A DNA stretch of 64,000 bases. Source: Sphyrna mokarran. Its lineage: Eukaryota. Below are positions 1-11,829 of this stretch, piece by piece. Within the stretch, counting starts at the first letter, position 1. Each line of letters starts with the position of its first letter. The position numbers and the translations under genes are program-made. Below the pieces are notes generated by a model. It was not told the origin of the DNA. It did no database searches and saw only the letters and a list, made by a program, of their open reading frames with translations. The DNA is taken from the NCBI GenBank assembly GCA_024679065.1, contig JAGIQG010000009.1, positions 92,008,001 to 92,072,000 of the forward strand, written 5' to 3'.

Positions 1-13
1 GCTGCGACCAGGA
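1..13 (-). CDS. possible start of the PRY-SPRY exon (exon 6) of TRIM gene A, truncated by the window edge
   Basis: The minus strand reads ...aactgattcccacag|TC CTG GTC GCA GC. This is a phase-1 acceptor matching the phase-1 donor of exon 5 and resembling the paralogous acceptor cccccag|TC CCA at 17687. Only 13 nt are visible. Confidence 0.3.
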
Positions 14-849
14 CTGTGGGAATCAGTTTTATTTGTGGAATATAAAATTCTTCCCAATGTCTTTTAACCATCTTTCTTAACTCACTCAGTCTTCACCCAC
101 ATAAAGGGTGGAACCTCTGATTAAATATATAATGGTTGGCAACAAGTGTGATTTCTGATCATGGGTGGAGTAGCTAGTTCCTCTTGATAGACTTGAATAA
201 TTAGGTAGATTGGCTGTGCTAAATTGCCCCTTAATATCCAAAGATGTGCAGGCTAGATGGATTCGTCTTGGCAAATGCTAGTGGTAATGGGCATATAGAG
301 ACAGGGGAGGGGGCCTGGGTAAGATGCTCTGTCAGAAAGTTGGTGCAGAATTGATGGGCCAAATGGCTTCCTGCTGCATGGTAGGGATTCTATTGACCTG
401 GTGCTGCTCACCTCAATGTAAATCTCAGAACAGAGACCACATTACACCCACCCCCACTTTCCCCCCCACCCCCAACACCAAGCTTCAATCTACTTGTGTT
501 AAATGCTGATAAGCACTCTATTCTCTGCCCCTCAGACTCTTCAGCCTCCCCCACATGTACACCCCACTATGTCCCCATCATTTTTTCAGTGCTTGTCCTG
601 TCGTCTTGATGCACCTTCACTGCCCCCTTCCACTCACCTAGTGATGTGCTATTTTTTGAACTAACTAAATTGCAGAGTGGGTTGAGGTGGGTGAGGACTA
701 GGAGATGCCTATCCTACCTCCCACCCCCACAACACTTCCCCTCCACCTGAATTGGACCCTGCCTCCTCAGGAGTGTGTGGTGAACTCTTGTAACTTGCAC
801 TTTTGTGTCATGCCAGTGAAAATTGCCAGTGCCAGGAATGGGACTGGGA

Positions 850-1850
850 ATGCTGAAACCAGGTCCCAGCCTTCACTTTGAAAGGTGCCCAAAATGGACC
901 TGACTTCACAAATAAAATCTGGGCCAAAGATGTAAAGGTAAGGAAGGTATGATGAAAGTTTATACAACACAGTTTATAAAACATCCAAAAATTGTATGAC
1001 ATTCCGGCTAAGCTACATTTGGACTTCTGGAAGGACAATTTAGAAAGGATGTGAGTGTTTTAGGGTTGGGTGCATGAAAATATTTCCGAGAATGGTTCAA
1101 GGGATGAAAGACTCTGGTTCTGTGGATTGACAGGAGAGGCCAGGCTGGATCTCCTCAGGGAAGATAAAATTAAGGGGTATGAGTTATAGGACGGATATCA
1201 GAGGTAGGTTCTTTACTCAAAGAGTGATTAGGGAGTGGAATGCCCTGCCTGCAGCTGTTGTAGATGCGCCAAGTTTGGTGGCGTTTAAGAGGTTAATTGA
1301 TAAGTATATGGAAGAGAAGGGAATGGTTTAGTTTGGAGGGGCATTGCTTTTTATTTTGGTCGGCACAACATCGAAGGCCGAAGGGCCTGTTCTGTGCTGT
1401 ATTGTTCTATGTTCTAAGATAAGCTGAGGAGGAGATTTAATGGAGATTGTAAAATTATGAGAGAATTGAGACAGAGAAAATGAAGAAAAGTGGTTCCATT
1501 TCTGGTGGAGTGGAGAATCAGTGGGCACTGATCCAAGGTGACTGGGAATTGGAATGTAGAGCACTTTTTTTATGCAGCAGGTGGCTCGGATCAGGAATGT
1601 AATATCTAAATTTAGTCAATTCCATTATGGTTTTCTAAAGTGAATTGGGGTAAGTACCTGTAGGGCTGTTTGCTGGACATAGCAGAGGAGATGTGATTGG
1701 GAGGGATAGGTGTGGTGTTGCAGGTTGTTGTGATGGGGTTAAGGACAATGGTCATGACACCAGAAGAGTTGTCCTTTCAGAGATCTGGCACAATTACAAT
1801 GAGTTGAATGGCCTTCTCTATGTTGTGTTCATTCATTGACTCCCAAGATT
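850..1850 (+). mobile_element. old CR1 LINE 3' fragment with a younger CR1 3' end nested at 1168-1415
   Basis: Degenerate CR1 ORF2 C-terminal motifs are present. The nested piece is near-identical to 45028-45276, ends in (GTTCTAT)n and is flanked by a 7-bp direct repeat AAGATAA (1161-1167, 1416-1422). Confidence 0.8.
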
Positions 1851-1946
1851 CTAGACACAGCTATAGGCTGCACCTTCAGGAAAGGAGGGGAAAAGAGCAG
1901 GAGACAATTCAGACAATGGATCACATACATCTGTGGACTTTCCTAC

Positions 1947-2095
1947 CTGGAGAGATGACCTGTTTCATTCCCTTCCACACTGTGTAGAGTAATGGGCCTT
2001 GAAATTCTGTGTATTTCTGTCTTTGAAGCAATAGTATTGTCTCATCTTCTTCACCTTTCTCTGCATCTTCCCCATTCTCTCCTTTGTCCAGGTAG
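1947..2095 (-). CDS. TRIM gene A exon 5 (acidic linker preceding PRY-SPRY)
   Basis: cacag|...|gtagg boundaries, 149 bp, phase 2 to 1. Encodes (S)YLDKGENGEDAEKGEEDETILLLQRQKYTEFQGPLLYTVWKGMKQVISP, including the typical pre-PRY motif F.GPL.Y.VWK.M...I.P. Confidence 0.9.
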
Positions 2096-2187
2096 CTGTG
2101 TGAATGGGATTGATTTAATCACTTTCTGTTGGATATAGACAGTGGTCACAATGTAAAACCCTGAGTGAGTTTGGATTAGAGACTTAC

Positions 2188-2210
2188 CTTTCTCTCAATC
2201 TTTTCAGTTC
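2188..2210 (-). CDS. TRIM gene A exon 4 (23-bp mini-exon)
   Basis: tgtcccacag|GAACTGAAAAGATTGAGAGAAAG|gtaagt encodes ELKRLRE. A 23-bp exon is characteristic of class IV (B30.2) TRIM genes. Confidence 0.9.
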
Positions 2211-2671
2211 CTGTGGGACAGAGAATCAGAAATGTTTCAATAAGTGTGTATGGTGCTGTTTACATTGTAATTTTCAATGATGCAGAATCAGTGATTTTAA
2301 TAAAATTTGGAGGGAGCTCGATGAAGTTATCATTGATGGGTTCCATTGACGTGAAACCAGGTCAGTTATCCCCCTAGCCACAAAGTACATGGGACAGAGT
2401 TTTCTCTGCTGCAGAACACTTTGAAGGTTCACTGATCAGTTCCCCTTATTTCTGATCTTAATTTTCCCAATAAGAAAATAAGCTTTCTCAGCATTGTTCC
2501 CTTATCCCTGACTCACATTCTTTGACCTTATTCATTAATCTGATATGAGGGATTTCTTATTCTAGTTTCAGTTATCCTGCACTTAGTGTGAGCTGCTGTC
2601 AATGTGGAACTGTTTACTCATCATTCCTGAACTCAATTCTGACTCACACTTGTCTTCAGTTAGACTGCATA

Positions 2672-3070
2672 TTTTTCTTTTATTCATTTGTGGAACATAG
2701 ACATTACTAACTAGTCAAAACTTATTGCCCATCTCTTATTGCCTTTGAGAAAGTGGCGGTGAGCTGCCTTCTTGAATTACTTCAGTTCACGTGCTGTGGG
2801 TTGATGCACAATGGTGTTAGAGAGGGAATTTCAGGATTTTAGGTCCAGCGACTGCAAAGGAACTATGATATATTGTCAAGTCAGGATGATGAGTGGCTTG
2901 GCGGGGAACTTGCGGATGATGGCGTTCCCATGTATCTGTTACCCTTGTCCTTATAGATGGAAGTGGTCACGGATTTGGAAGACAGTTTCTAAGGATCTTT
3001 GATGAATTGCTGTATTATATCCTGTAGATAGTACCCACTGCGGCTACTGAGTGTCATTGGCAGAGAGTGT
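2672..3070 (-). mobile_element. 3' fragment of the LINE family seen at 42850-45862
   Basis: Reverse complement of the tail ...ccttctcaagggca...gatgggcaataa...gaataaaaa. Similar copies lie at 9290-9400 and 46815-47160. Confidence 0.7.
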
Positions 3071-3082
3071 GTATGTTTGCGA

Positions 3083-4067
3083 TATGGAATTGTGCATAGA
3101 CAATCTGGAGGAGGGGCAGACTGTAGGGTAACAAAGTTTGCTGATAACACGAAGATGAGTGGAAAAGCGAATTGCGTGGAGGATGCGGAAAGTCTGCAGA
3201 GAGATTTGGAAAGGCTGAGTGGGTGGGTGAGGACCTGGCAGATGGAGTATAACATTGGCAAATGCGAGGTTATCCACTTTGGAAGAAATAAAAGTAGGAT
3301 GGAATATTATTTAAATGGTGAAAAGTTGCAGCATACCATTGTGCAGAAGGATCTGGGGGTCCTTGTGCATGAATCACAAAAACTCAGTCTGCAGGTGCAG
3401 CAGGTGATCAAGAAGACAAATGGATTATTGGCCTTTATTGTGGGGGTGATAGAATATAAAAGCAGGGAGGTCTTGCTGCAACTGTACAAGGCACTGGTAA
3501 GGCCGCAACTGGAGTACTGTGTGCAATTTTGGTCCTCTTATTTGCGAAAGGATATATTGGCCTTGGAGGGAGTACAGAGAACATTCATCAGGTTAATACC
3601 AGAGCTGAGGGGGTTAGCTTATGAGGAGAGATTGAGTAGATTGGACCTCTATTCATTTGACTTTAGAAGGTTGAGTGGGGATCTTATAGAGACATATAAG
3701 ACAATGAAAGGGCTAGATAGGATAGAGATAGAGAAATTCTTTCCACTTAGAAAGGAAATTGGAACTAGAGGGCACAGCCTCAAAATAAGGGGTGATCAGT
3801 TTAGAACAGAGTTGAGGAGGAACTTCTTCTCTCAAAGGTAGTTAATCTCTGGAATTCTCTGCCCGTTGAAGTAGTGGAGGCTACCTCATTGAATATGTTT
3901 TAGTCACGGGTAGATAGATTTCTGATCGATAAGGGAATTAAGGGTTATGGGGAGCAGGCGGGTAGGTGGAACTGATCCACTTCAGATCAGCCATGATCTT
4001 ATTGAATGGCGGGGCAGGCTCGAAGGGCTAGATGGCCTACTCCTGCCCCTATTTCTTATGTTCTTAT
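3083..4067 (+). mobile_element. CR1 LINE, 5'-truncated, relatively young (RT C-terminal half plus 3' UTR)
   Basis: ORF 3077-3841 reads KFADNTK..LQRDLERL..WQMEYN..KC..LYKALVRPQLEYCVQFWS..RGHSLKI. The 3' end is (TTCTTATG)n. Confidence 0.92.
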
Positions 4068-4155
4068 GTAATTGCTGTGATGTGGTACGAATCCTATTAC
4101 AAAATGCAGTTTACAATCACACCAATAATTTGAGGATCGAGTTATAAAGGGTCAC

Positions 4156-4389
4156 CTTGAGAAAAGAGATACTGTCTTGCTGCTCGATATCAGAATGAAG
4201 GTTGGTTGTGTTCGCCTTTAGGGACGTTTGTCCGTCTTCGATTCTTTTCAGATTCTCCTCCAACAGTCGTTTATCTTCCCCCTTTTGTTTCCTCAACTCT
4301 TCGATTAAATGTTTCTCTTTATCTTCAAGATATTGATGGATTTTGGCAAATTGTGCGGAGATGTCTTGCTCTAGGGATCCAGTGAGTTG
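4156..4389 (-). CDS. TRIM gene A exon 3 (coiled coil)
   Basis: catag|...|gtgac boundaries, 234 bp, phase 0/0, open reading: QLTGSLEQDISAQFAKIHQYLEDKEKHLIEELRKQKGEDKRLLEENLKRIEDGQTSLKANTTNLHSDIEQQDSISFLK. Confidence 0.92.
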
Positions 4390-4469
4390 CTATGACAGTG
4401 AGAGAGATTGTTTAAACTGCAAGTTGTTAAAGGGCTGTAGTGTTGAAAGGAAGCTGAAGTCATACTCAC

Positions 4470-4565
4470 CTCCAGTTCTGAAATCTCCCTCTCCTGCTGC
4501 TGTTTGAATTCACTTTTGCTTTGATTTTTATTCTCCATGGAATCCAAGGATAATTTAATCTCATC
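4470..4565 (-). CDS. TRIM gene A exon 2 (96-bp coiled-coil exon)
   Basis: ttttag|...|gtgagt boundaries, 96 bp, phase 0/0, encoding DEIKLSLDSMENKNQSKSEFKQQQEREISELE. This is the canonical TRIM exon size; an 80-bp intron separates it from exon 3. Confidence 0.92.
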
Positions 4566-4769
4566 CTAAAAATGGAATCAGACCTCAGCATGATCCATTG
4601 TAACGTCTACTGTTATATCATAAACTGTAGGACAGAGCTTTTAACCAGACCATGGTTTAATGGTGTGCATTAAATTTGCCCATGTGTAAATATCGTAATG
4701 AAAAGGAGTCCCTATAGTTAATACAACCTATTGTTGGACCTATGGGTTGAAAAACACCAAATTCCTGAT

Positions 4770-6560
4770 AGAGTTTATCATAGAGCCTTAAAAGAAATGG
4801 CTAGTGAGTTAGTTGATGTGATGGTTTTAATACTCCAAAATTCACTCGATTCAGGAAAAGTTCCATTAGATTGGGAAATAGAGAATGCAACTCCTTTTTT
4901 CAAAAAGGGAAGAATCTAGACCAATTTACTTAATATCTATCATAGGGAAAATGTTAGAAGGTATTATTAAAGAAATTAAAGCAAGGCACTTAGACGCATT
5001 CAAGGTAATCTGGCAGAGTCAATATGGTTCTGTGAACCATAACCAGTGGATGTATTGTATTTAGCTTTCCAGAAGATCTCTGTTAAGTGACACGTCAAAG
5101 GTTATTATGGAATATAAAAGCTCACGGCTCAGTGGTAACATAGTGGCTTAGATAGAAGATTGGCTGGCTACCAGGATATAGAGATGCGGGTATTGGACTG
5201 GGGGAAACACAGTAAGAAGTCTCACAATATCAAGTTAAAGTTCAACAGGTTTATTTGATAGCAAACACCACTAGTTTTCAGAAGGCTGCTTCTTTGTCAG
5301 GTGACAAGTACAAAGATTAGTTAAGTCAAAAGAGAAAGTTCTGGCAAATAGCATATCATATTGAAAATTGTGAAATTGTGAAATTTGACATGAAGAATTT
5401 AAAAGAAGTATATTCTCTAAATGGTGAAATATTGCAGATTGCTGAGATTCAGAGAGATCTGAGTGCCCTAGTGCATGATTCACAAAAGACTAGTATATAG
5501 GTACAGCAAGGAATTGGTAAAGCTATTAGAATGGTATCATTTACTGTGAGGGAAATTGATTACAAAAGTATAGATATTATGCTTCAGTTATAATGGATAT
5601 TGGTGAAAACACATTTGGAGTACTATATCGGTCACATTTAAGGAAGGATGTAAATGCATTGGAAACAATTCAGGAAAGGTTTACCAGACTAATACTATGA
5701 ATAATAAAAACGAATTACTGTGGATGTTGGAATCTGAAACCAAAACAGAGAATGTTGGACAATCTTGGCAGGTGCGACAGCATGCGTGGAGAGAGAATGG
5801 AGCTCATGTTTTGAGTCTGAATGCCTCTTCTTCAGAGCTACGAGGATTGGGAGATATGGCTGGACAGGCTAGGCTTGTATCCACTAGAGTTTAGAAGAGC
5901 AAGAGTCAGCTTTATTGAAACATGTAAGATCTTGAGGAAACTTGACAGGAACGTGGAGAGGATGTTTCCTCTTATGGAAGAATCTAGAAGTGAGGGTCAC
6001 TGTTTAAAAAGCGTCATCAGTTTAAGGCCTGAATTATGGAAAAAATAACTTCCCTCAGAGGGCTGTGAGTTTTTCAAATTCTCTTTCTCAAAAGGCAATA
6101 AACAATTACATTCTAATAGTTTTGCTAATTGCTTGCCATACTTGCATAACCACCTTTTGTGATTCATACACAGGACACCTAGATTACTCTAAACCTCAGA
6201 GCTCGGCAATGCCTCATCACTTAGCACTGCAATTGCTTCTCTTCAGATACATATCCAACGCTCTTTTGTAAACCTCAGTGAAATCTGCCTCCACCAAACT
6301 CTCCGGCAGTACATTCCTGATTCTAAGCACTCACTGTACAAAAATATTTTTCTCACACCACGATCGTTTCTTTGAATATTTTTAAGACAGATGTTGATAG
6401 ATTTTCAATAAATAAAAGGATTGGCAGGCTTTCCAGGATAGGCAGGAATGTGGGATTCAGATTAAAATCAGACCAAACATTTATTTATTGAATGGGGGAA
6501 CAGGCTTAAGGGGCCAAGTGGCTAACTCCTACTGCTAATTAATTACTCATATGTTTGTGT
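4770..6560 (+). mobile_element. degenerate CR1 LINE (RT) with nested Penelope-derived fragments (about 5185-5305 and 5705-5840)
   Basis: RT motifs LKEMASEL..QNSLDSGKVPLDW..NATPFFKKG and a CR1-type 3' tail at 6380-6560. Confidence 0.75.
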
Positions 6561-6582
6561 TGTGCTGCAACAACTTTCAAAT

Positions 6583-7030
6583 AGATATTAAATGTGAAAA
6601 TTGCAATGAAACTGGATTTCTACAGTTCTTTAATCTAGATATTGTAATGAAACTGGATCCTTACTGTTCTTCATTTTAATTATTGCAATGAAACTGAATC
6701 CCTACAGTTCTTTAATCTAGTTTTAGTAATGAAACTGAATTCCTACAGTTCTTTAATCTAGATATTGTAATGAAACTGAATTCTTACAATTCTTTAATCT
6801 AGTTATTGTAATGAAACTGAATTCCTACAGTTCTTTAATCCAGATATCATAACAAAACAGAATTCCTACAGTCCTTTAATGCAGATATTGCAATGAAACT
6901 GAATCTCAAAAGTTCTTTAATCTAGTTATTGTAATGAAACTGAATCCCAACAGTTCACTAATCTAGTATTATAATGAAACTGATTTCCAGTTATCGAATG
7001 TAAATATAGTAATGAAACTGATTGTCAATG
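6583..7030 (+). repeat. 41-bp minisatellite, about 11 copies, in TRIM intron 1
   Basis: Unit TAGATATTGTAATGAAACTGAATTCCTACAGTTCTTTAATC. AATGAAACT recurs at 6605, 6646, 6687, 6728, 6769 and 6810 (41-bp spacing). Confidence 0.92.
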
Positions 7031-7224
7031 ATCCAGTTCTCCTTTCTGTAAACAGCATTCCCTTACTTTATATTTTGGAACCATGTACTGAATTGGCAGA
7101 AACTAGTGGAGAAAGTACACAATGACATATCCTCCTCACAAGACAGGATCAACTTCTCCCTGTGTTTCTTACAGACAAACTGCTTCTGCTCTGTGTCCCC
7201 GTTCAGCTTTAGCGAGGCATAGAA

Positions 7225-7910
7225 AGATCTGGGTGTCTTAGTACATGAATCACAAAAAGCTAGCATGCAAGTGCAGCAATTAATTAGAAAAACTATTGGA
7301 ACATTATCATTTGTTTGGAGGGAACTGACTACAAAAGTAGGGAAGTTATGTTTCAGTTGTACAGGGCATTGGTTAGACCACATCAAGAGTATTGTGTGCA
7401 GCATTGACGTCCTTATTTAAGGAAAGATGTAAATGCATTAGAAGCAGTTCAGAGAAAGCTTATTAATGAATAGCAGGAATGAGTGAGTTGCCTAATGAGC
7501 AAAGGTTGGAGAGATACCCAATGGAATTTACAAATGTAAGAAATTGCAACATTTAGGATTCTGAGGAGTATTGACAGGGTGGATGCGGAGAGGATGTTTC
7601 CTCTTGTCAGGGAACCTTGAACTAGGGATCACTATTTAAAAATAAATTGTTGCTCATTTAAGGCAGTGATCAGTAGGATATTTTCTCTTAGAGGGTCAAA
7701 AGTCTCTAGATTTCCTTCCTCGACAGGCAGAGTCTTTGACAACTTTTAAGGCAGAGCTAGATAGTATTTTGATAAGTAAGGGGGTGAAAAGTTATCGGGG
7801 ATAGGTAGAAATGTGGAGTTGAGGTTACAATCAGATCAGCCATGATCTTATTGAGTGGTAGAGCAGGTTCGAGGGGCTGAGTGGCCTACTAATTCGTGTG
7901 CCTGTATGTT
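7225..7910 (+). mobile_element. CR1 LINE 3' fragment
   Basis: Degenerate DLGVLVHESQK..LYRALVRPH..YCVQ motifs and CR1 3' UTR (agatcagccatgatcttattga). Confidence 0.8.
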
Positions 7911-8076
7911 CTCTCTGAATGCCTCATAGCAACCTGGTTCTTTCAGGGAAACAGTGAAATAGTTTCAGAAAGGAATCCATCTGTTCCTCTGTGAGACAGC
8001 AACCATTTGGCACACAGTTCCACTCCACAAGTACCAGAGTGGTAGCTGCTGAGTGACCCCTCACCAGTCCTCTTAC

Positions 8077-8493
8077 CTTATATTTCTGCTCTGCACTCTG
8101 GAGTGACAGGAGCTCATGGTCTGAATGGGAGCTTGAATCTTTGCAATCGTCACAGAGGAGAATCAGATCCTCCTCACAGAACAGCACCAACTTCTTTCCA
8201 TGTTCCTCACAGTGAGTCTGCTCCTTTGCCCTCTTCAGGTTCACCTCCAGTTGCCGAGCTTCCGAGCAGAGATTAGCCAACACCCTGTTACTGGTCATAT
8301 TTCTTTGGGGGAGAAGCTGCTGACATTCTGGGCAGGATACAGTCTCATCCTTCTTCTCCCAACACTTCTGGATGCACGATTTACAGAAGTTGTGCTCACA
8401 GTCCAGCCGCACCGGCTCCACAAACAGAGACTGACAGATGGAGCAGGTTAAATCCTTGGTTAGGTTGAGGACCTGTTCTTTACTGACAGCCAT
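8077..8493 (-). CDS. TRIM gene A exon 1: RING (C3HC4) + B-box2 of a TRIM39/TRIM69/A33-like E3 ubiquitin ligase
   Basis: ATG at 8493 (MAVSKEQVLNLTKDLT). RING: CSICQSLFVEPVRLDCEHNFCKSCIQKCW..CPEC. B-box: CEEHGKKLVLFCEEDLILLCDDCKDSSSHSDH. Donor AAG|gtaag at 8077/8076; 417 bp, phase 0. Confidence 0.95.
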
Positions 8494-8591
8494 TTTCAGG
8501 TGAAATTCCTTGGTTAGACCGTACACATGAAGGTTCGTTTCTTTCCTCTCTGTCCTGGCTCACTGTGAAACTCGCTTTGCAATCTCTACCT

Positions 8592-8634
8592 TTTTATAGA
8601 GACACTTGTCAGCCAGCAGAATTGACTGACCAAT
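8592..8634 (-). promoter_or_regulatory. putative TRIM gene A core promoter (TATA box plus CCAAT box)
   Basis: TATAAAA on the minus strand at 8592-8598, about 100 bp upstream of the ATG. CCAAT at 8630-8634. An IRF-like GGAAAGAAACGAA lies on the minus strand at about 8534-8546. Confidence 0.55.
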
Positions 8635-9066
8635 CGTTATTCATTTAATGTTGAACTGCGAATCTCAAATCGCACCCAAAGTGTTCAAAGCCGGGTGGTG
8701 ACAAGTTTGTGGATGCACGTCAGGTGAGCGGGCTGGAATTTGAGCTCAAACGCAAATGGAATGTTAACCACCCCTGCTTCGACTAAAATTCCATTCATTC
8801 CACATTTGCTGCAGCCTCAAGGCAAGAGTTCTTGCAAGGTGTGGATGAGTCCTGGAGGCTTAAAGGTTAATAAACCAACTTCTCTTTAACTTGCTACAAC
8901 TCACCTGGCAGGGTCAAGTCAATGATCAGGCAGGGGACGAGGCTAGTCCATTGCACTTGGGGTGTACCACGTCTGCAATTGTGGTTTTACCCAAGTTACA
9001 GTAGAGTAAAGACTCAAAGTAGCCAATGAGGTTTAACCAAGGCTTTATCTGATGCAATTTTTCAAA

Positions 9067-9250
9067 GCCATCTTGGACTTCTGGCTAAGGTGAAGCATTA
9101 GATCAAGACCAGAAGCGGGTATAATGCCTCATCTGTCTGCTTAGATCTTGTTTCGTCGAGCCCAAGATGGGATGTAGATACTTGTCAGTTTGGATTTGAT
9201 TTGTGGAAATCATGATTGATTTAATTTGAATTGGCTTTTCTAATTAGAAG
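9067..9250 (+). mobile_element. U2 snRNA-headed short interspersed repeat (degenerate copy)
   Basis: GCCATCTTGGACTTCTGGCTAAG resembles the U2 5' end GCTTCTCGGCCTTTTGGCTAAG. The body is similar to 38283-38462 (minus). Confidence 0.5.
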
Positions 9251-9424
9251 TAAAATACCAAATGATTTAAAAGAAACAGACTTGCCAAGTCAGACAATAT
9301 TTGTTGCCCATCGCTAATTGCCCTTGAGAAGGTGGTGGTGAGCTGCCTTCTTGAACTGTTGCAGTCCTTGTGTTGCAGGTACACCCACGGTGCTCTTTGG
9401 GAGGGTGAAAACTGTAGCAAAAAG

Positions 9425-10000
9425 GGACTTGGATGGTCCTTATTCAAGAAACCCAGACAGCTAGCAATGCAGGTACAGAAGTTTATAGGGATGGTGAATG
9501 GAATGTTGGCTTTTATTTCAAGGAGGCTGGAGTATAAAATGAAGAGGTGTTGCTGCAACTCTACATAGTACTAGTGAGGCCACAGTTATGGTACTGTGTG
9601 AAGATTTGGTCCCTTATTTAAATAAATATATATTGTCATTGGAAGCAGTACAGAGGAGGTTTACTTGGATGATGCTGGAAATGAAGGGATTGCCATATAG
9701 GGACAGATTAATAAGTTGAGTCTGTGCTCCTTGGAGTTCAGATGAATGAGAGGTGGTTTAATTGAAACATATAAGATTCTTAGAGCGTTACACAGGGTAA
9801 ATGTTGGGACGGTGTTTTTACTCATGAGAGAGACTAGACCAGAGGACAGAGTTGCAGAATAAAGGGGTGATCATTTAACATAGATGTCAGGAAGAATTTA
9901 ATCCCTCATAGAGTGGTGGATTTTGGAATTCTTTGCACCAGGAAGCTGTGGAGGTCAAGTCCTTCAACATATTCAAAGCTTAGGTCAATAGGTTTTTAAT
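9425..10000 (+). mobile_element. CR1 LINE fragment
   Basis: NGMLAFISRRLEYK..LLQLY..LVRP..YCV.. motifs. Confidence 0.75.
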
Positions 10001-11489
10001 CATTTGACTTGGTGCCATGAGGTTTTATGAGGTCCAGAGTCAATGTTGAGGATTCCCAGGACAACTTTCCTCCACCTCCCCCACCATTCTCCCTCCCCAA
10101 ATGTATAACACTGGGACCTCTCCTGGGTCTGTCCTGCAAGTAAAACAGGACAAATCCAGGAACAATGATGGTGGTGTCTAGGACATTATTTGTAAGGTAC
10201 GATTCTGTGACTCTGACTATGTCAGGCTGTTACCTGAGTAGCCTGTAGAACAGCTTTCCCAATTTTGCCAAGGGTCAAAAAAGTTAAGCTTGTCATTGCT
10301 ATTTGTCATTATATAGTGAAAAGGTTGCAAGCTGCTGTTGTACTTTCAACTTTTACTCTTACTGGGAAGAGTTTTGGCATAAGTTGTTGGCTGTTAGTTT
10401 GAATTTACATGTGCAAACCATGATTTTTTTCTTTTGTCTAAAACCTACAATCCCTAACAAAGCTAATACCTAGGTTGATGCTAGATTGTCCATCTATTTT
10501 CATTCCTGATAAACTTTCTAGAGATTGTGATTGAGTTGCAACACCTTCTCAGAGTGCATTTATGAGCCAAGCACGTTGTTGTGGGTCTGGAGTCATGTGT
10601 GGGCTAGAGGCCAGACAGATAAGGATGGCACATTTGTGAGCCAGTTGGGTTTCTATGACTACCAACAATGTTATTGCTGACACACTTTGAATTCCAATTC
10701 CACCATCGGATATAGTTATATTCGAACTCTGGGTCACCAGAGCATTACCCAGGGCTTCTGGAGCACTTGGCCGTGGCAGTACCACTATGCCACTGATTTA
10801 CTTTACGATTTTAATATTTCCTAGAAATAATTTGGACAGTCAATCCATAACAGGAATAATATTAACCATGTGGTATTGAAATGTAACTTTGGTGTTTAAT
10901 GTAATTAATAAAGCCAGGGGAATCCATTAACTGCTTGTAGAAAGATAAGCGGTTCATAAAACTACTCAAAAGATCATGAAGCCCTGTTTGAATGTCACTG
11001 AAGTAAGTAAATATGGATGAAATTTAACCTGTGCTTCCTAACCCACATGTAGCATGCTGGAAAGCTGGCAGATGTAAAATCAGATTGCAGAGCCAATTGA
11101 GGCACGTATGTTGTTTCCTTGGAAGGAACTCCTAAAAATACAGACAATAAAAAAAACAACCTAACTCCAACTTATAAACCAAAGAAACAGTTTAATAAAG
11201 AAACTTCATTTTTCCAAACTTGGAACCTCACCCTGGGCCAATCCAAATTCTCCACATTTTCCAACAGGATCTTTTTTATGGCGCGTCAACTTGTCAGCTG
11301 ACCATCACATCATTCTGTGATAGGTTCCATGGTTTACTGGGTCAGCTGATTCTTATAGCTTGTTACCATTGGTCACATTAATTTGATACAAAGATGTCAC
11401 TGGCTACATTCTTACATATGTGACGTTCAAGATGAATAGGAATCTAGTTAAAGGTGGTAGAGTGGCACTGCTAATCTAGGATGGTATTA

Positions 11490-11808
11490 GGATTCATAGA
11501 ATTCATACAGTGCAGATAGAGACCATTCAGCCCATTGAGCCTGCACTGACAACAATCCCACTCAGGCCCTATCCCTGTGACCCCATGTACTTTCCCTCTA
11601 GTACCCATGACACTAAGGACAATTTATGATGGCCAATTAATCTAACCTACATATCTTTGGAATGTGGGAGGAAACTGGAGCACTCAGAGGAAACTCAAGG
11701 AGATATGAGGAGAACATGCAAACTCCACACAGATCGTCACCCAAGGCCAGAATTAAACCTGGTCCCTGGTGCTGTGAGGCGGAAGTGCTAACCACCATAC
11801 CACCGTAC
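11490..11808 (-). mobile_element. tRNA-derived SINE (HE1/V-SINE-like)
   Basis: Reverse complement of GGTGGTTAGCAC..GCCTCACAGC.CCAGGGACC.GGTT..TGTGTGGAGTTTGCA.GTTCTC, followed by a CR1-like tail. Confidence 0.8.
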
Positions 11809-11829
11809 GGTCCCTCATTTTGAACTATT

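Noticed and set aside
7924-8526. 200-aa ORF as a complete single-exon TRIM protein
   Set aside because: The true ATG is at 8493 and a GT donor follows 8077. The VRGLVRG.. extension is intron read-through, and downstream exons splice in frame.
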